A stretch of 64,000 nt of DNA from an uncultured Gammaproteobacteria bacterium (GTDB taxonomy: Bacteria; Patescibacteriota; Microgenomatia; UBA10105; UBA927), in assembly GCA_964349125.1 (NCBI GenBank), contig CAYGFH010000001.1, positions 5,408 to 69,407 of the forward strand, written 5' to 3'. Both the position numbers and the translations under genes were made by a program. The notes under the pieces are model-generated. The model did no database searches and was not told the origin of the DNA. It saw nothing but the letters and a program-made list of their open reading frames with translations. Shown here one piece after another: positions 41,728 through 51,868 of the stretch (positions are counted from its first letter, which is position 1; the number at the start of each line of letters is the position of its first letter).

Positions 41728-42075
41728 ATGACCCCACTTGAATCGTTTTTTGCCCTTAGCTTGCTGGTACAGATTAGCCATGCAATCGAAGAATTAAGTA
41801 CAGGCTTTCATAAGAAATGGTACTTGGTTACCATGCCGTTTTGGGTGTTTCTGGTATTTGAACTGCTGTTTGAAGGATTTTGGATCTGGGTGTATCTGTT
41901 TCAGGATTTTCCAAATCGTGCGGCTTTTCAATCATTCTTTCTGGCGCTGATGTTCGCAAACGGGGTACAACATCTCGTCTGGGCAGGGTCAGTGAAAAAG
42001 TATGTCCCGGGATTACTGACTGCTCCACTCCATATCATCGTATTTTTAGTATTTTATTTTACGGTACTTCTCTAA
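41728..42075 (+). CDS. HXXEE domain membrane protein
   Basis: SHAIEE motif (HXXEE) at the N-terminus and three hydrophobic helices. Confidence 0.6.
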   Translation: MTPLESFFALSLLVQISHAIEELSTGFHKKWYLVTMPFWVFLVFELLFEGFWIWVYLFQDFPNRAAFQSFFLALMFANGVQHLVWAGSVKKYVPGLLTAPLHIIVFLVFYFTVLL

Positions 42076-42135
42076 ACCAGTACCCCCCTCTTACGAACTG
42101 TACGAATGCGTACATAAAATTGGTATACTACTAGG

Positions 42136-43428
42136 ATGAAATCGTTCTACCATTTGCTGGGCAATACTGTGATATCTTCTATCACCAACTTTACCGTATT
42201 GTTTTCCATTATTTTTTATACATTTTTGCAAACCCGTTCGGTGTTCGCAACGGGCATGATATCGGGTATCAATCTCGTCCTGACTGCGCTGTCGGGTATC
42301 TGGTTTGGGAGTCTGGTCGATAACTACAAAAAGAAAACGGTCATGATGTATTCACATCTCGCTTCACTTGTACTGTATATCATCGCATTTGCCATGTATT
42401 TGACCATACCTATTTCCGTATTCTCCAATCCTCTAAGCCCTATGCTTTGGGCGTTTGTGATTATACTCATGGTCGCTATTATCATTGGTAATATCCGATC
42501 TATTGCCCTCCCCACCCTCGTCACGGTGCTAGTACCTGAGAATATTCGGGATAAGGCAAACGGACTCATCGGATCCACCATGGGTGTGTCGTTTATGATC
42601 ACATCAGTTATTAGCGGACTGTTGGTGGGACACTCTGGTATGTACTGGGTGCTCATCCTTGCGATTGGTGTTTCAATCGCTGCCAGCATCCACCTGTTTG
42701 GCACCACAATTATAGAAGAAAAGATTGTCCACCTGGCTGATGCACCCAAAAAAGTGGATCTGAAAGGGACGTATGTCGTGGTATCCAAAGTTCCGGGATT
42801 ATTGGCACTTATCCTTTTTACCACCATCAATAATTTCTTGGGCGGTGTATTTATGGCGCTCATGGATGCGTACGGATTGTCCCTCGTATCGGTGCAATTC
42901 TGGGGAACACTATGGGGATTTCTCAGTATTGCATTTATCATCGGTGGGCTCATTATCGCCAAATGGGGACTGGGGAAAAACCCACTTCGATCACTCTTTA
43001 TCGCAAACATTGTTATCTGGACCATCTCGGCCACATTCACAATCTATCCGTCTATCATTATTTTAGGTATAGGTATGTTTATATATCTGTGCGTCGTGCC
43101 GTTTATTGAAGCCTCGGAGCATACGATTATCCAAAAAGTAGTTCCACACAACCGCCAAGGGCGGGTATTTGGTTTCGCGCAGAGCGTGGAGCAGGCCGCG
43201 TCACCTATCACGGCATTTCTGATCGGACCGCTCACCCAATTTTTCTTTATCCCGTTTATGACAACGGGTAAGGGCGTTGACCTTATCGGGTCATGGTTTG
43301 GCACTGGTGCGGACCGTGGGATCGCTCTGGTGTTTACCCTCACTGGCATCATAGGCCTCATTATCACTGGTTTAGCCATGCGATCCCAAAGCTATAAAAA
43401 TCTCTCCACCTATTACCGAGAGGCATAA
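42136..43428 (+). CDS. MFS transporter (EntS/macrolide-efflux-like)
   Basis: 430 aa with 12 predicted TM helices and an MFS_1-like pattern. Confidence 0.8.
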   Translation: MKSFYHLLGNTVISSITNFTVLFSIIFYTFLQTRSVFATGMISGINLVLTALSGIWFGSLVDNYKKKTVMMYSHLASLVLYIIAFAMYLTIPISVFSNPLSPMLWAFVIILMVAIIIGNIRSIALPTLVTVLVPENIRDKANGLIGSTMGVSFMITSVISGLLVGHSGMYWVLILAIGVSIAASIHLFGTTIIEEKIVHLADAPKKVDLKGTYVVVSKVPGLLALILFTTINNFLGGVFMALMDAYGLSLVSVQFWGTLWGFLSIAFIIGGLIIAKWGLGKNPLRSLFIANIVIWTISATFTIYPSIIILGIGMFIYLCVVPFIEASEHTIIQKVVPHNRQGRVFGFAQSVEQAASPITAFLIGPLTQFFFIPFMTTGKGVDLIGSWFGTGADRGIALVFTLTGIIGLIITGLAMRSQSYKNLSTYYREA

Positions 43429-43537
43429 CGTCTCTTAACTTCATCATCCCCTCACACTGTCTATATGTCGCAGAGATACGCATGCATAGGCTTACGCGTA
43501 CCAGTATTTTCGTAGTTTAATTTGAGGATACTTTTCT

Positions 43538-45046
43538 TTATCCCAAACTCTTTCGCAGATGCGCCTGCGTTGTTAACTGGTCTTTACATGAGGCCATATC
43601 ATGGAGGTGACTCGCGATGTACTGCGATAGCTGCGCGTGTTCGAGCTGCTCCGGGGTCGTTGGACCTGCCTGTACGCCGAGGTATTCTTCTACACCCCGC
43701 ACGTCATCCAATACATCTTTCCAGGCCGCCGATTCGTTGGCAAGAAGCTCAAGAGCGTTCACGTTTACAAATCCCAATGCCGCTTTGAGATTGTCTTTGA
43801 TATTGAGATAGTACTGTTCAATATATGCAAGTGTTCCTTTTGTTTTGGCATCTTTCAATGCCCTGCCAGTTCCAATAATTTCGGGTGGTGCGCCCACACT
43901 GTAGAGTGATCCGGTAAATGTAATTGCCCGCGGTAGTCTCACCCCGCCGATTCCGCGAGAGTATCCGAACAGTCCGATATGCTGTACACGTTCCCGCCGT
44001 CTCGGTAAATGCGATGCCACTGTGTTTATAAGAGGAGCAATGCGCTCAATCGTCTGCTTATATGGAACTTCAATTACGTGGGCGATATCTGAGAGCATGG
44101 CAGCATCATCGGCTGATACGTGCTGAGCAACTCCGTACGGAAGCTCACTATCGAGTACTCTCAGTCCCGCAATGACGTCTTTGATGGGATAATCATAGCG
44201 AAATGCGCTCTGAATAAGTGCTGTCCGTATACCTGTATATTCTTTCGTAAATGCCATGGCATTCGTCGGCGTTAATCCCCCACGGAATGGCAACGCTGCT
44301 GTCCCGATTATCGGGTGAAGCGATATACCATGTCTTTTTTCAAATTGCTCATAACGGGAAAGTGCAATCTTTGTGGCAAGGACAGTGGGTATCAGACCGG
44401 AATTAAGCGCCGGATCACTGCGGGCTATGTAGGGACGTAGATACGTAGGCGTCGTGCCAAATGTTTTTTTATGCATCTCTATATATGTTTCCAATATTGA
44501 GTCGGAATTCAATATAGTATCGATATCCTCAAATAACGGAATAAGCTCTATGTGCTTGAGATTTTCCGGAATTTTATTAAACAGCGCATGTTTCAGGTTT
44601 GCCAATTCGCTGTACGCTTCCTGTATATCCATCATTTCCTGAGCGCTCGTGGTCATGGGGAGTATCACTTCAAACAGGGGCTGTTCATACAGTTCCAGCT
44701 GTTTGGCCAGACCCGATGCGCCAAAAATTCCCATAAATGCCCGTCCCAGGCGGAATTCCGTCTCCACTTTCGGATTAGGCAAACGGAATGTCAGAAATTT
44801 TTCTTTCCCGAGCGGGTGCGCCTTAAAATACTCAAAATGTTCACTGTATAATTTTTCTACAATAGATTCGTCGACGTATTTCCCCTCCCAGTCCCATTTA
44901 TATTCGGAAATACCCAGCTCATTAAACGCGATGAAACATTCTTTCACTTCATGCCGTGTGCTTATAAACTCGGTATCATGCCAAAAAGGAATAGAGGCGT
45001 GATCGGGGTGCTGTGACGCCATCGTGGTTGGTATAATGCGGTTCAT
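43538..45046 (-). CDS. ppcA: archaeal-type phosphoenolpyruvate carboxylase
   Basis: About 500 aa with N-terminal PTTMASQHPD motif and overall length typical of PpcA rather than the 900-aa bacterial Ppc. Confidence 0.55.
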   Translation of the reverse strand: MNRIIPTTMASQHPDHASIPFWHDTEFISTRHEVKECFIAFNELGISEYKWDWEGKYVDESIVEKLYSEHFEYFKAHPLGKEKFLTFRLPNPKVETEFRLGRAFMGIFGASGLAKQLELYEQPLFEVILPMTTSAQEMMDIQEAYSELANLKHALFNKIPENLKHIELIPLFEDIDTILNSDSILETYIEMHKKTFGTTPTYLRPYIARSDPALNSGLIPTVLATKIALSRYEQFEKRHGISLHPIIGTAALPFRGGLTPTNAMAFTKEYTGIRTALIQSAFRYDYPIKDVIAGLRVLDSELPYGVAQHVSADDAAMLSDIAHVIEVPYKQTIERIAPLINTVASHLPRRRERVQHIGLFGYSRGIGGVRLPRAITFTGSLYSVGAPPEIIGTGRALKDAKTKGTLAYIEQYYLNIKDNLKAALGFVNVNALELLANESAAWKDVLDDVRGVEEYLGVQAGPTTPEQLEHAQLSQYIASHLHDMASCKDQLTTQAHLRKSLG

Positions 45047-45185
45047 AGGGAAAGTATACTATAAAAAATGACAGTATATCGCCCGTGATTTCATCCCACG
45101 ACCGCATGCAAAATATAAAAGTGGGACATCAGAGTCAGGACTGACGATTCCGCTTATGTCCTATATTTGATAAAATAGGATATGC

Positions 45186-45256
45186 GCCTCCTTAGCTTAG
45201 TGGCAAAGCAGCGGTATCGTAAACCGTAGACGTCAGTCCGATTCTGACAGGAGGCT
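45186..45256 (+). tRNA. tRNA-Thr (anticodon CGT)
   Basis: Manual cloverleaf: acceptor gcctcct/aggaggc, D stem gctt/aagc, anticodon loop atCGTaa, T arm gtcag-tccgatt-ctgac. Confidence 0.8.
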
Positions 45257-45288
45257 CAGACTACACAGATATTTGGTATACTTCTAGT

Positions 45289-46005
45289 ATGATCACTACG
45301 CGAAGAGGGAGACTCGACGAACAAAAACAGCAAAAAAAACTGGTTCTCGCCATAGGTGGCATGATCGCCATCATCGTGTTTTTTGCCCTTTTTGGTGTAA
45401 AAATCCTCATCGGTTTCAGTGTGCTGGTTGATAATATAAGAGGCTCATCTCCTACACCGGTCGCACAATCAAACAAACAGGTACTGTTTCCTCCCTCACT
45501 TGATCCGCTTCCTGTAGCCACCCATAGCAGCATACTGCGCATCAGCGGATCAGGCACTGCCGGACTGACGGCAACTGTGTACGACAATAACAAAGAAGTG
45601 CGAAAAACTACCGTCGCGGGAAACGGCGTGTTTACCGCTCAGCTTCCGTCGCTCAAAGATGGTACACATGACCTGACGGTAAAACTGTCTGACACAAAAG
45701 GAAATATAAGCGAGCCGTCCAATCCTCTTACTATCATCATAAAGACAACGCTTCCGGAGCTCACAATAGATTCACCTGAAAATAACGCCACCATAAACAG
45801 TGAGAGCAATATGGTTTCCATATCAGGAACGACGGAGAGTGACACGACCGTATCGTTAAACGGCAGAATTGCGGTAATTAAACCGGATAATTCATTTACG
45901 TATTCATACCCGTTATCGGACGGGGAGAACATCATCCGCATTGTCGCGACAGACATGGCGGGAAATACCACCACAGAGGAATTGAAGCTTACCTATCAAA
46001 AGTAA
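45289..46005 (+). CDS. membrane-anchored protein with bacterial Ig-like repeats
   Basis: N-terminal TM helix, then beta-rich Thr/Ser-rich repeats (TATVYDNNKEVRKTTVAGNG..., TTVSLNGRIAVIKPDNSFTYSY). Confidence 0.5.
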   Translation: MITTRRGRLDEQKQQKKLVLAIGGMIAIIVFFALFGVKILIGFSVLVDNIRGSSPTPVAQSNKQVLFPPSLDPLPVATHSSILRISGSGTAGLTATVYDNNKEVRKTTVAGNGVFTAQLPSLKDGTHDLTVKLSDTKGNISEPSNPLTIIIKTTLPELTIDSPENNATINSESNMVSISGTTESDTTVSLNGRIAVIKPDNSFTYSYPLSDGENIIRIVATDMAGNTTTEELKLTYQK

Positions 46006-47161
46006 GCTCGACTGCCGATACGATCACCCACATCCATACCATTACCCATGGATAGAACAGACTGTTTACAAAAAATGAGTGCATAAACACTGCGCTTATG
46101 CTGACAATGTAGAGCTGTTTTACCGATACCTGTTCTTTTTTTGCAGGATCACCAAACCGTCCCGCACTGTAGAGTAAATAGACATACGCTACCAGCCCCA
46201 ATACACCGGAGGTCACCAGTAAAAATAATATGCTGCTGTCTACCCCCCCTGCCGCATGGGATGTGTAAACCACGCCGCCGGTATACACGGGAGTCTGGAT
46301 CAGGCGGAGTGTATTAAACCCGTGTCCGACAACCGGCGATTTCAGAAAGAGTTCTGATGATTCCTTCCAGTTTGAGAATCTCGAGTACGTAGAGTCCTCC
46401 CGCCATAATCTGAGCGTGTCTCCCCCCGGCCGCGGCACATATATAATGATCGCGGCAAGTGCGAACAATAATCCAAGAACCGCAAACTGCTTTTTCAACA
46501 TGCCGTATATGATCATGCCAAACCCAAGCGCCAGATAACTGCTTCTTGAGTATGTGAGATACACACAGACGACGAGCAGTACAACTGCCGCCAATATCCA
46601 CGGCTTCTTTTGCGTCACGTACAGGTGATACCCCAGAAAGGTGGACAAGACAAGAATAATACCTGCGAAATTCGGATCAAGCAGCGTAGAAAATAAACGG
46701 TAATAATGCGGGTCCCATCCCATGTACATAAGGAAACGCAGATTTGGGTAGAGGAAAAATTGCGCGATGCCGACTACACCAAAGACCAGGCCAAATGTAA
46801 ACAGATGTCCCAACAGCGTCGAAACAGGGATAGCCGATCTGACGAACAATACGTACAAACATGCGTACGCCGCCCATCGCCACAGGTAGAGGGAGGAGGT
46901 GAAAAGATCCGCTACCCCAAAGCTACCCACATTTGCCACGAGCGATATGACACCGGCAGACAGAAACAGCACCATCGGCCGCATGAGTGGTGGAGCTTTG
47001 GTACTTTTTTTACGTTGGCGCCACTGGCGTATGCCCAAAAAAATTATACCCGATACCAGTACGAAATCATGTGCATAGGCTACGACTCCCGGCTTTATCG
47101 ATATACCCGTGAGTGTTCCAAACAGAAGACTTCCCAACAGTAAAATATAGAACGTCAACAT
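45989..47161 (-). CDS. O-antigen ligase / Wzy_C family polymerase-ligase
   Basis: Polytopic membrane protein with LTYSRSSYLALGFG (Wzy_C signature region). Confidence 0.7.
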   Translation of the reverse strand: MLTFYILLLGSLLFGTLTGISIKPGVVAYAHDFVLVSGIIFLGIRQWRQRKKSTKAPPLMRPMVLFLSAGVISLVANVGSFGVADLFTSSLYLWRWAAYACLYVLFVRSAIPVSTLLGHLFTFGLVFGVVGIAQFFLYPNLRFLMYMGWDPHYYRLFSTLLDPNFAGIILVLSTFLGYHLYVTQKKPWILAAVVLLVVCVYLTYSRSSYLALGFGMIIYGMLKKQFAVLGLLFALAAIIIYVPRPGGDTLRLWREDSTYSRFSNWKESSELFLKSPVVGHGFNTLRLIQTPVYTGGVVYTSHAAGGVDSSILFLLVTSGVLGLVAYVYLLYSAGRFGDPAKKEQVSVKQLYIVSISAVFMHSFFVNSLFYPWVMVWMWVIVSAVELTFDR

Positions 47162-47163
47162 AT

Positions 47164-47922
47164 CTAGGGTAACGGCACCCGTTTTTTATGATACCGCATG
47201 TACAACTTCCCCCGGGTCAAAAATGAATGCAGGCTCATAAACACGGCGATACACAGTCCGGGCACACCGTCGAGAAATCCCAGATGCACGATATAATTCC
47301 GTATAAATTTGAGTGCCGGATACGCCACCACATGCCATCCGGGAGCAGCCACTTTTGATGCATACAGCATATCGGCATTTATAGTTGAGTACCAATTCAC
47401 ATCGGCAATAAACTGCCTGACAGTCGGATGGGGAAAATGCAATAGGGGAGACACAAGGGTTTCCGTCGTGCCATGGATATTCCATACTTCATGCACTGCC
47501 CGCTCCCATACACCACTCCCCTTTTTTGCCAGTCGCAAAAGTCTGACTCCCGACGTCTCTCCGTAGCGCAATTGCCTACCCCACAGTGTGTCTGTCCGTT
47601 TGAGAAAATATCCATTTACGGTCTTGTTCTCGGATGTCACCCGCTCTATTTCCTGTTTCAGAGAATCTGTAACAACTTCATCGCTGTCCAAAAACAGCAC
47701 CCACTCCCCTTTCGCTTTGGCAAGACCTGCATTCCGCTGAGCGGCAAAATTATCTCCCAGCGCTCTATGGAGTACTGTGGAAGTATATCTTTTTGCCCGG
47801 GCAACAGTTGCGTCAGAAGACTCATCATCGACTACTATAATTTCGCCACACCACGAAACACTTTCGATGGCGCGGGCGATTATATCCTGATCGTTATGGG
47901 CAAGAATAACAGCCGATATCAT
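47164..47922 (-). CDS. family 2 glycosyltransferase
   Basis: ISAVILAHNDQD...VVDDESSD...FLDSDE (GT-A, DXD). Confidence 0.75.
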   Translation of the reverse strand: MISAVILAHNDQDIIARAIESVSWCGEIIVVDDESSDATVARAKRYTSTVLHRALGDNFAAQRNAGLAKAKGEWVLFLDSDEVVTDSLKQEIERVTSENKTVNGYFLKRTDTLWGRQLRYGETSGVRLLRLAKKGSGVWERAVHEVWNIHGTTETLVSPLLHFPHPTVRQFIADVNWYSTINADMLYASKVAAPGWHVVAYPALKFIRNYIVHLGFLDGVPGLCIAVFMSLHSFLTRGKLYMRYHKKRVPLP

Positions 47923-47958
47923 GCGATTATTGTATCACGCTTGAGTTTTGACTCATAA

Positions 47959-49104
47959 GTGGAGTACACTCTCCCTGACATGATTCGGATACGAACGTTG
48001 TTTGCACTGCTCCTGTGCATTTACCTCATCGGGTTTGGGGCACATGCTGCAATGTTGGGGAAAACCGTCTATGGAGATGGTATTTTTTACTACAGCTGGG
48101 TCAGATCCACAGTCGTTGACAATGATATTGATTTTACGAACGATTATACAGAGTTTGGCGTCACGCAACCGATTACCCCAAGCGGTCTCCCGGGGAATAA
48201 ATACAGCATTGGTGCCTCAATACTGTGGTACCCCTGGTTTGCATGGACTCACACACTTGTTCGCGGATCAGGGTATGAACCTATCTACCAATATGTCACA
48301 GGGCTTTCCAGCGTGCTCTATGCTTTGGTAGGACTCATACTGCTCTACAGAACACTCAGGAGGCAATTTTCAGAACCGATTGCCATCATCACTATACTTG
48401 CCACAGCCCTCTGTACGCATTTACTATTTTACGGATCGATTGATGCGGTTAACTCCCACGCGGCTTCATTCTTTGCTACATCGCTCTTTGTTACGTTACT
48501 TATGCAAAGGGAAAGGCGATGGTTCCAAATCGGATGTGCCATTGGTTTGGTAGCACTCGTTCGCACACAGGATATCGTGGTAGGCCTCGCCATATTGCCA
48601 TTTATAAAACCGAAGCATATCGCGGCAGTTGTCGCGGGAGGCCTCTATGTGTTTATGCCGCAGCTTTTGGTGTGGCAGATACTGAATAATGCGTTTTGGA
48701 AGAGTCCGTATATCAGTTCCATCGAAGGATTTAATTTTCTGTCACCACATATAGCGGGTGTACTGTTTTCTACCGGCAACGGACTGTTTCTCTGGACTCC
48801 GGTATTACTATTGGGAATTGCGGGACTGTGGATGTATCGGCAGACAAAACCGAATATCTATTTTTTACTCGCTATAGCTATTCAGATTTTTGTGGTCTCT
48901 TCATGGAGTATCTGGTGGCAGGGTGCATCGTACAGCGGACGCATGTTTGTGGGAACCATCCCGCTGTTCGCATTTGGCATGGCGGGTATGTTTAAACTTC
49001 TGGCTATAAAACACATCGAGTATAAAGACCAGCTGTTGTCAGTTATTATTCCTCTGGCGTTCATCAACATGCTGCTTATTCTCTATTTTTTGATTTCCCA
49101 CTAA
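47959..49104 (+). CDS. polytopic membrane protein, putative glycosyltransferase-associated (family unassigned)
   Basis: 381 aa with about 9 TM helices; located in the glycosylation cluster. Confidence 0.4.
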   Translation: MEYTLPDMIRIRTLFALLLCIYLIGFGAHAAMLGKTVYGDGIFYYSWVRSTVVDNDIDFTNDYTEFGVTQPITPSGLPGNKYSIGASILWYPWFAWTHTLVRGSGYEPIYQYVTGLSSVLYALVGLILLYRTLRRQFSEPIAIITILATALCTHLLFYGSIDAVNSHAASFFATSLFVTLLMQRERRWFQIGCAIGLVALVRTQDIVVGLAILPFIKPKHIAAVVAGGLYVFMPQLLVWQILNNAFWKSPYISSIEGFNFLSPHIAGVLFSTGNGLFLWTPVLLLGIAGLWMYRQTKPNIYFLLAIAIQIFVVSSWSIWWQGASYSGRMFVGTIPLFAFGMAGMFKLLAIKHIEYKDQLLSVIIPLAFINMLLILYFLISH

Positions 49105-50723
49105 TCAAACACCAGAAATTGAGAACCAATCACGCGGATTATTAGATTCTCCCGATATCGCGGCCGTGTAAAATATCCACACTCATGCCAATTGGAGACG
49201 CTTATGACTGTGATATGGTTGCCGGTGTTTGTGGGGTAGGCAATATCATGAAATGCGCAGATCTCAGGCGCTTTATAACTGCCGAATGCAGTCATACTGG
49301 GAAATCCGTATTGGGAGGCATCATCCCTGCCAAAGTATGACAGACGAACGACCGATGGTTTTTCTTCTTTGATAAACGATGACAAAGTAATTAGTCCCTG
49401 CCCCCAATCAATATTGCTGTCCGTGAATCGCTGGTATCGCAAACTCCTGTTCCCTGCAAATTCATTTGCGAACGAGAGAAAATGAGGGAACTGCGAGAGT
49501 GTCCCAACAGCTAACCAGAGAACCAGACCGGAGAGCACTAGATTTGTAGTCATACTCCGCTTCTGTACGAGTAAACTTGAGGCAAGGATGGTAAGAAACG
49601 GATATATCGGCAACACATACCGCACAAAAGGTTGCATGGGAGATATCGCAGATGCAGCGAGTATTGCCACCACTGGCGCCGCAAGTACTATGAGTATAGT
49701 TCTGTGTTTACGTGACCGGTACAATGTGTACGCACCTGCCGCTGAAAGTACCAACAGAGGGATAGGCGTCTTGAGGATAACTGTCACCAGCATAAAGTAC
49801 CATTCCGGCCTCGGATACCACGTACCTAAGAAAAATGTTTTTGCAGGAATCGTTGACCTCACTGCAGTGTTTTTGATCACTGCAATATAGTCACCAAGAG
49901 GCAGTGGTACCTGTTCCAAAATGTTGAGCCCTGCAAGCAGTATTTTGTTATTATGAACTGACGCATAATTTCTGATTTTTTCGGACACACGGCCGGAGGT
50001 GCTGCTCGGGAGTATGACAACACTCATACGGAAAAAATACGTACTCCATATAACGAGTAGACATACCAGCACAGAAAAGCCTATACGGATTTTCTGTGTA
50101 TGCCACCACACGAATCCTTTTTTGTGCAGCATGTACGGCACAATCACCAGCGAACTTAGCGCGTAGTATGCAAGCAGAGTGATTTTGGCAGACGCCAAAA
50201 GTCCCATGCATACACCATGATAGGCAAATGTTTTCCAAGATGGTGATCGAATCATGTAGATGAGAGACATATACCCGAGAAAGAAAAAGAGCGCGGCACC
50301 TAGATCCTGTGTCACCAGATGATTGAGTCCGAGCATCGTGGGCTCAAACGCATAGATCGTTATGGCCAGGGTGGCCGCACTCATCCCAAAGAAATTTTTC
50401 GTCACAACGAAAATACTGCTTCCCAACACAACGGCCAATAGTACTATCACCAAACGGGCTGGAAGGGCATCCATATGTGGGGGTGAATTGCTTTGAGATG
50501 TATTCCCCATAATCAGAAGCGGGAGTACAGCAAGCTCTCGGATGAGAGGCGGATTATTGGTATCTATAAGAAATTCCCGCTTGAGCCACGCATTTTTGCC
50601 TTCCTCAATGTGCACTATTTCATCATAGGTGAGGGATTCGCGAAGGGCACTGGAAACGGAGAGCCATACAAATATACATCCTAGGATGCCTATCAGTACC
50701 GCGGGATTGATAAAACGTTTCAT
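49101..50723 (-). CDS. GT39/GT83-type (PMT / ArnT-like) membrane glycosyltransferase
   Basis: 540 aa, polytopic, with first-loop TYDEIVH (DE motif) typical of PMT/ArnT C-type glycosyltransferases. Confidence 0.6.
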   Translation of the reverse strand: MKRFINPAVLIGILGCIFVWLSVSSALRESLTYDEIVHIEEGKNAWLKREFLIDTNNPPLIRELAVLPLLIMGNTSQSNSPPHMDALPARLVIVLLAVVLGSSIFVVTKNFFGMSAATLAITIYAFEPTMLGLNHLVTQDLGAALFFFLGYMSLIYMIRSPSWKTFAYHGVCMGLLASAKITLLAYYALSSLVIVPYMLHKKGFVWWHTQKIRIGFSVLVCLLVIWSTYFFRMSVVILPSSTSGRVSEKIRNYASVHNNKILLAGLNILEQVPLPLGDYIAVIKNTAVRSTIPAKTFFLGTWYPRPEWYFMLVTVILKTPIPLLVLSAAGAYTLYRSRKHRTILIVLAAPVVAILAASAISPMQPFVRYVLPIYPFLTILASSLLVQKRSMTTNLVLSGLVLWLAVGTLSQFPHFLSFANEFAGNRSLRYQRFTDSNIDWGQGLITLSSFIKEEKPSVVRLSYFGRDDASQYGFPSMTAFGSYKAPEICAFHDIAYPTNTGNHITVISVSNWHECGYFTRPRYRENLIIRVIGSQFLVFD

Positions 50724-51868
50724 GATGAGAGAAGTTTTATATACAGATCAGATATTTTTCTGGCGCCTATTGCTATGTCATGCACACGCTCCGCTCTCCT
50801 TCTGGCAAGCATGCCAAATTCACGGCGGGCATCAGCATGAAGCATGTAATTCTTGAGAGAGTATGCAATCGATTGCGGATCTGAGGGTGCCACGAGAGTG
50901 GCTGCCGATGCGACGTTTTCGGGTATTCCTCCCGTTTTTGTGGTGATAATCGGCAAACCCGCAGCCTGTGCTTCAAGGAGGGCAGTACAGTACTGCTCCT
51001 CAAATGTAGCAGTAGGCACACTCGGCGCTATGAATATATCTGCCTTGGCATACACATCCGGCATACGGTCATATGGGACATGTGAATGGGAAATCAAACC
51101 GGATAATCCAACCAGTTGTTCCACTTCTTTCATATGATGAAGCTGTGATCCGTCTCCCACAAATTTCATCCACCATGTATACCCTTTCAATACCGGATCA
51201 TTAAGGAGAATCCGTAAGGCATCCAATATATCATATACACCTTTGTACGTTTCCAGCCGTCCTGTATATAGGAGTACAAAATCGCGTTTCTTGGGAAAGA
51301 ACCGGCGGGAAATGACCTCTTTCGTCGGCGCAAACATTTTTGTATCGATAAAATGACTGATCACAGTGATTTTGTCAGGATCTGCGCCTTCGGTAATAAG
51401 GGTGTCTTTTGTTTTTTGTGTAAGAGCGATCATATGATCCAACTCAGTTCTCGCCCGGGATTTAAACGCCTTCCGCCCCCATATCCCTTCATTGTTAAAC
51501 GGAATATTCTCAAGAACTGTCGCTATCACTTTTTTCACTTTCCCCTGTTTTTTCGCATTCAGACATTGTTGGGTATAGTGGAAATACGTCTCCGCAGTAT
51601 GCACCAGGTCAAACCCTTCGATGGCACGCTCCAATCCCAAAAGATAATGTGAATCGACGAATAACCGGTTGAGTATGGGCAACTTGCACGGGAAGTCCGG
51701 CAAATCGAGAGGACACCATAATTTCTTCACCGGAAATGCAAATGAATCATGGTACGAACTGTGTGACCCAAACCCCGTAAGTGCATACGACCCGACAAGC
51801 GGATTATAAAACTGCATTTCGTATGCGTTTAAAAATTTTCCTCTGACTATCGCGACTTTCGGTTTCAT
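50720..51868 (-). CDS. family 4 (GT-B) glycosyltransferase
   Basis: C-terminal EAQAAGLPIITTKTGGIPE (GT4 EX7E region). Confidence 0.75.
   Translation of the reverse strand: MKPKVAIVRGKFLNAYEMQFYNPLVGSYALTGFGSHSSYHDSFAFPVKKLWCPLDLPDFPCKLPILNRLFVDSHYLLGLERAIEGFDLVHTAETYFHYTQQCLNAKKQGKVKKVIATVLENIPFNNEGIWGRKAFKSRARTELDHMIALTQKTKDTLITEGADPDKITVISHFIDTKMFAPTKEVISRRFFPKKRDFVLLYTGRLETYKGVYDILDALRILLNDPVLKGYTWWMKFVGDGSQLHHMKEVEQLVGLSGLISHSHVPYDRMPDVYAKADIFIAPSVPTATFEEQYCTALLEAQAAGLPIITTKTGGIPENVASAATLVAPSDPQSIAYSLKNYMLHADARREFGMLARRRAERVHDIAIGARKISDLYIKLLSS

Noticed and set aside
41644-41781. Upstream start (MANLYQQAKGKKRF...) of the 560-aa ORFan
   Set aside because: It would overlap the divergent HXXEE gene start by 54 nt, and the first 46 residues look non-coding. 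Start moved to MTVYDRL, with low certainty.
42324-43040. 238-aa antisense ORF inside the MFS transporter gene, and similar long antisense ORFs within carB, dnaE, clpB, murT and pyr genes
   Set aside because: They sit opposite well-supported conserved genes, are low-complexity (Ser/Pro/Arg-rich) and have no family resemblance. They are typical frame artefacts of GC-skewed coding DNA.
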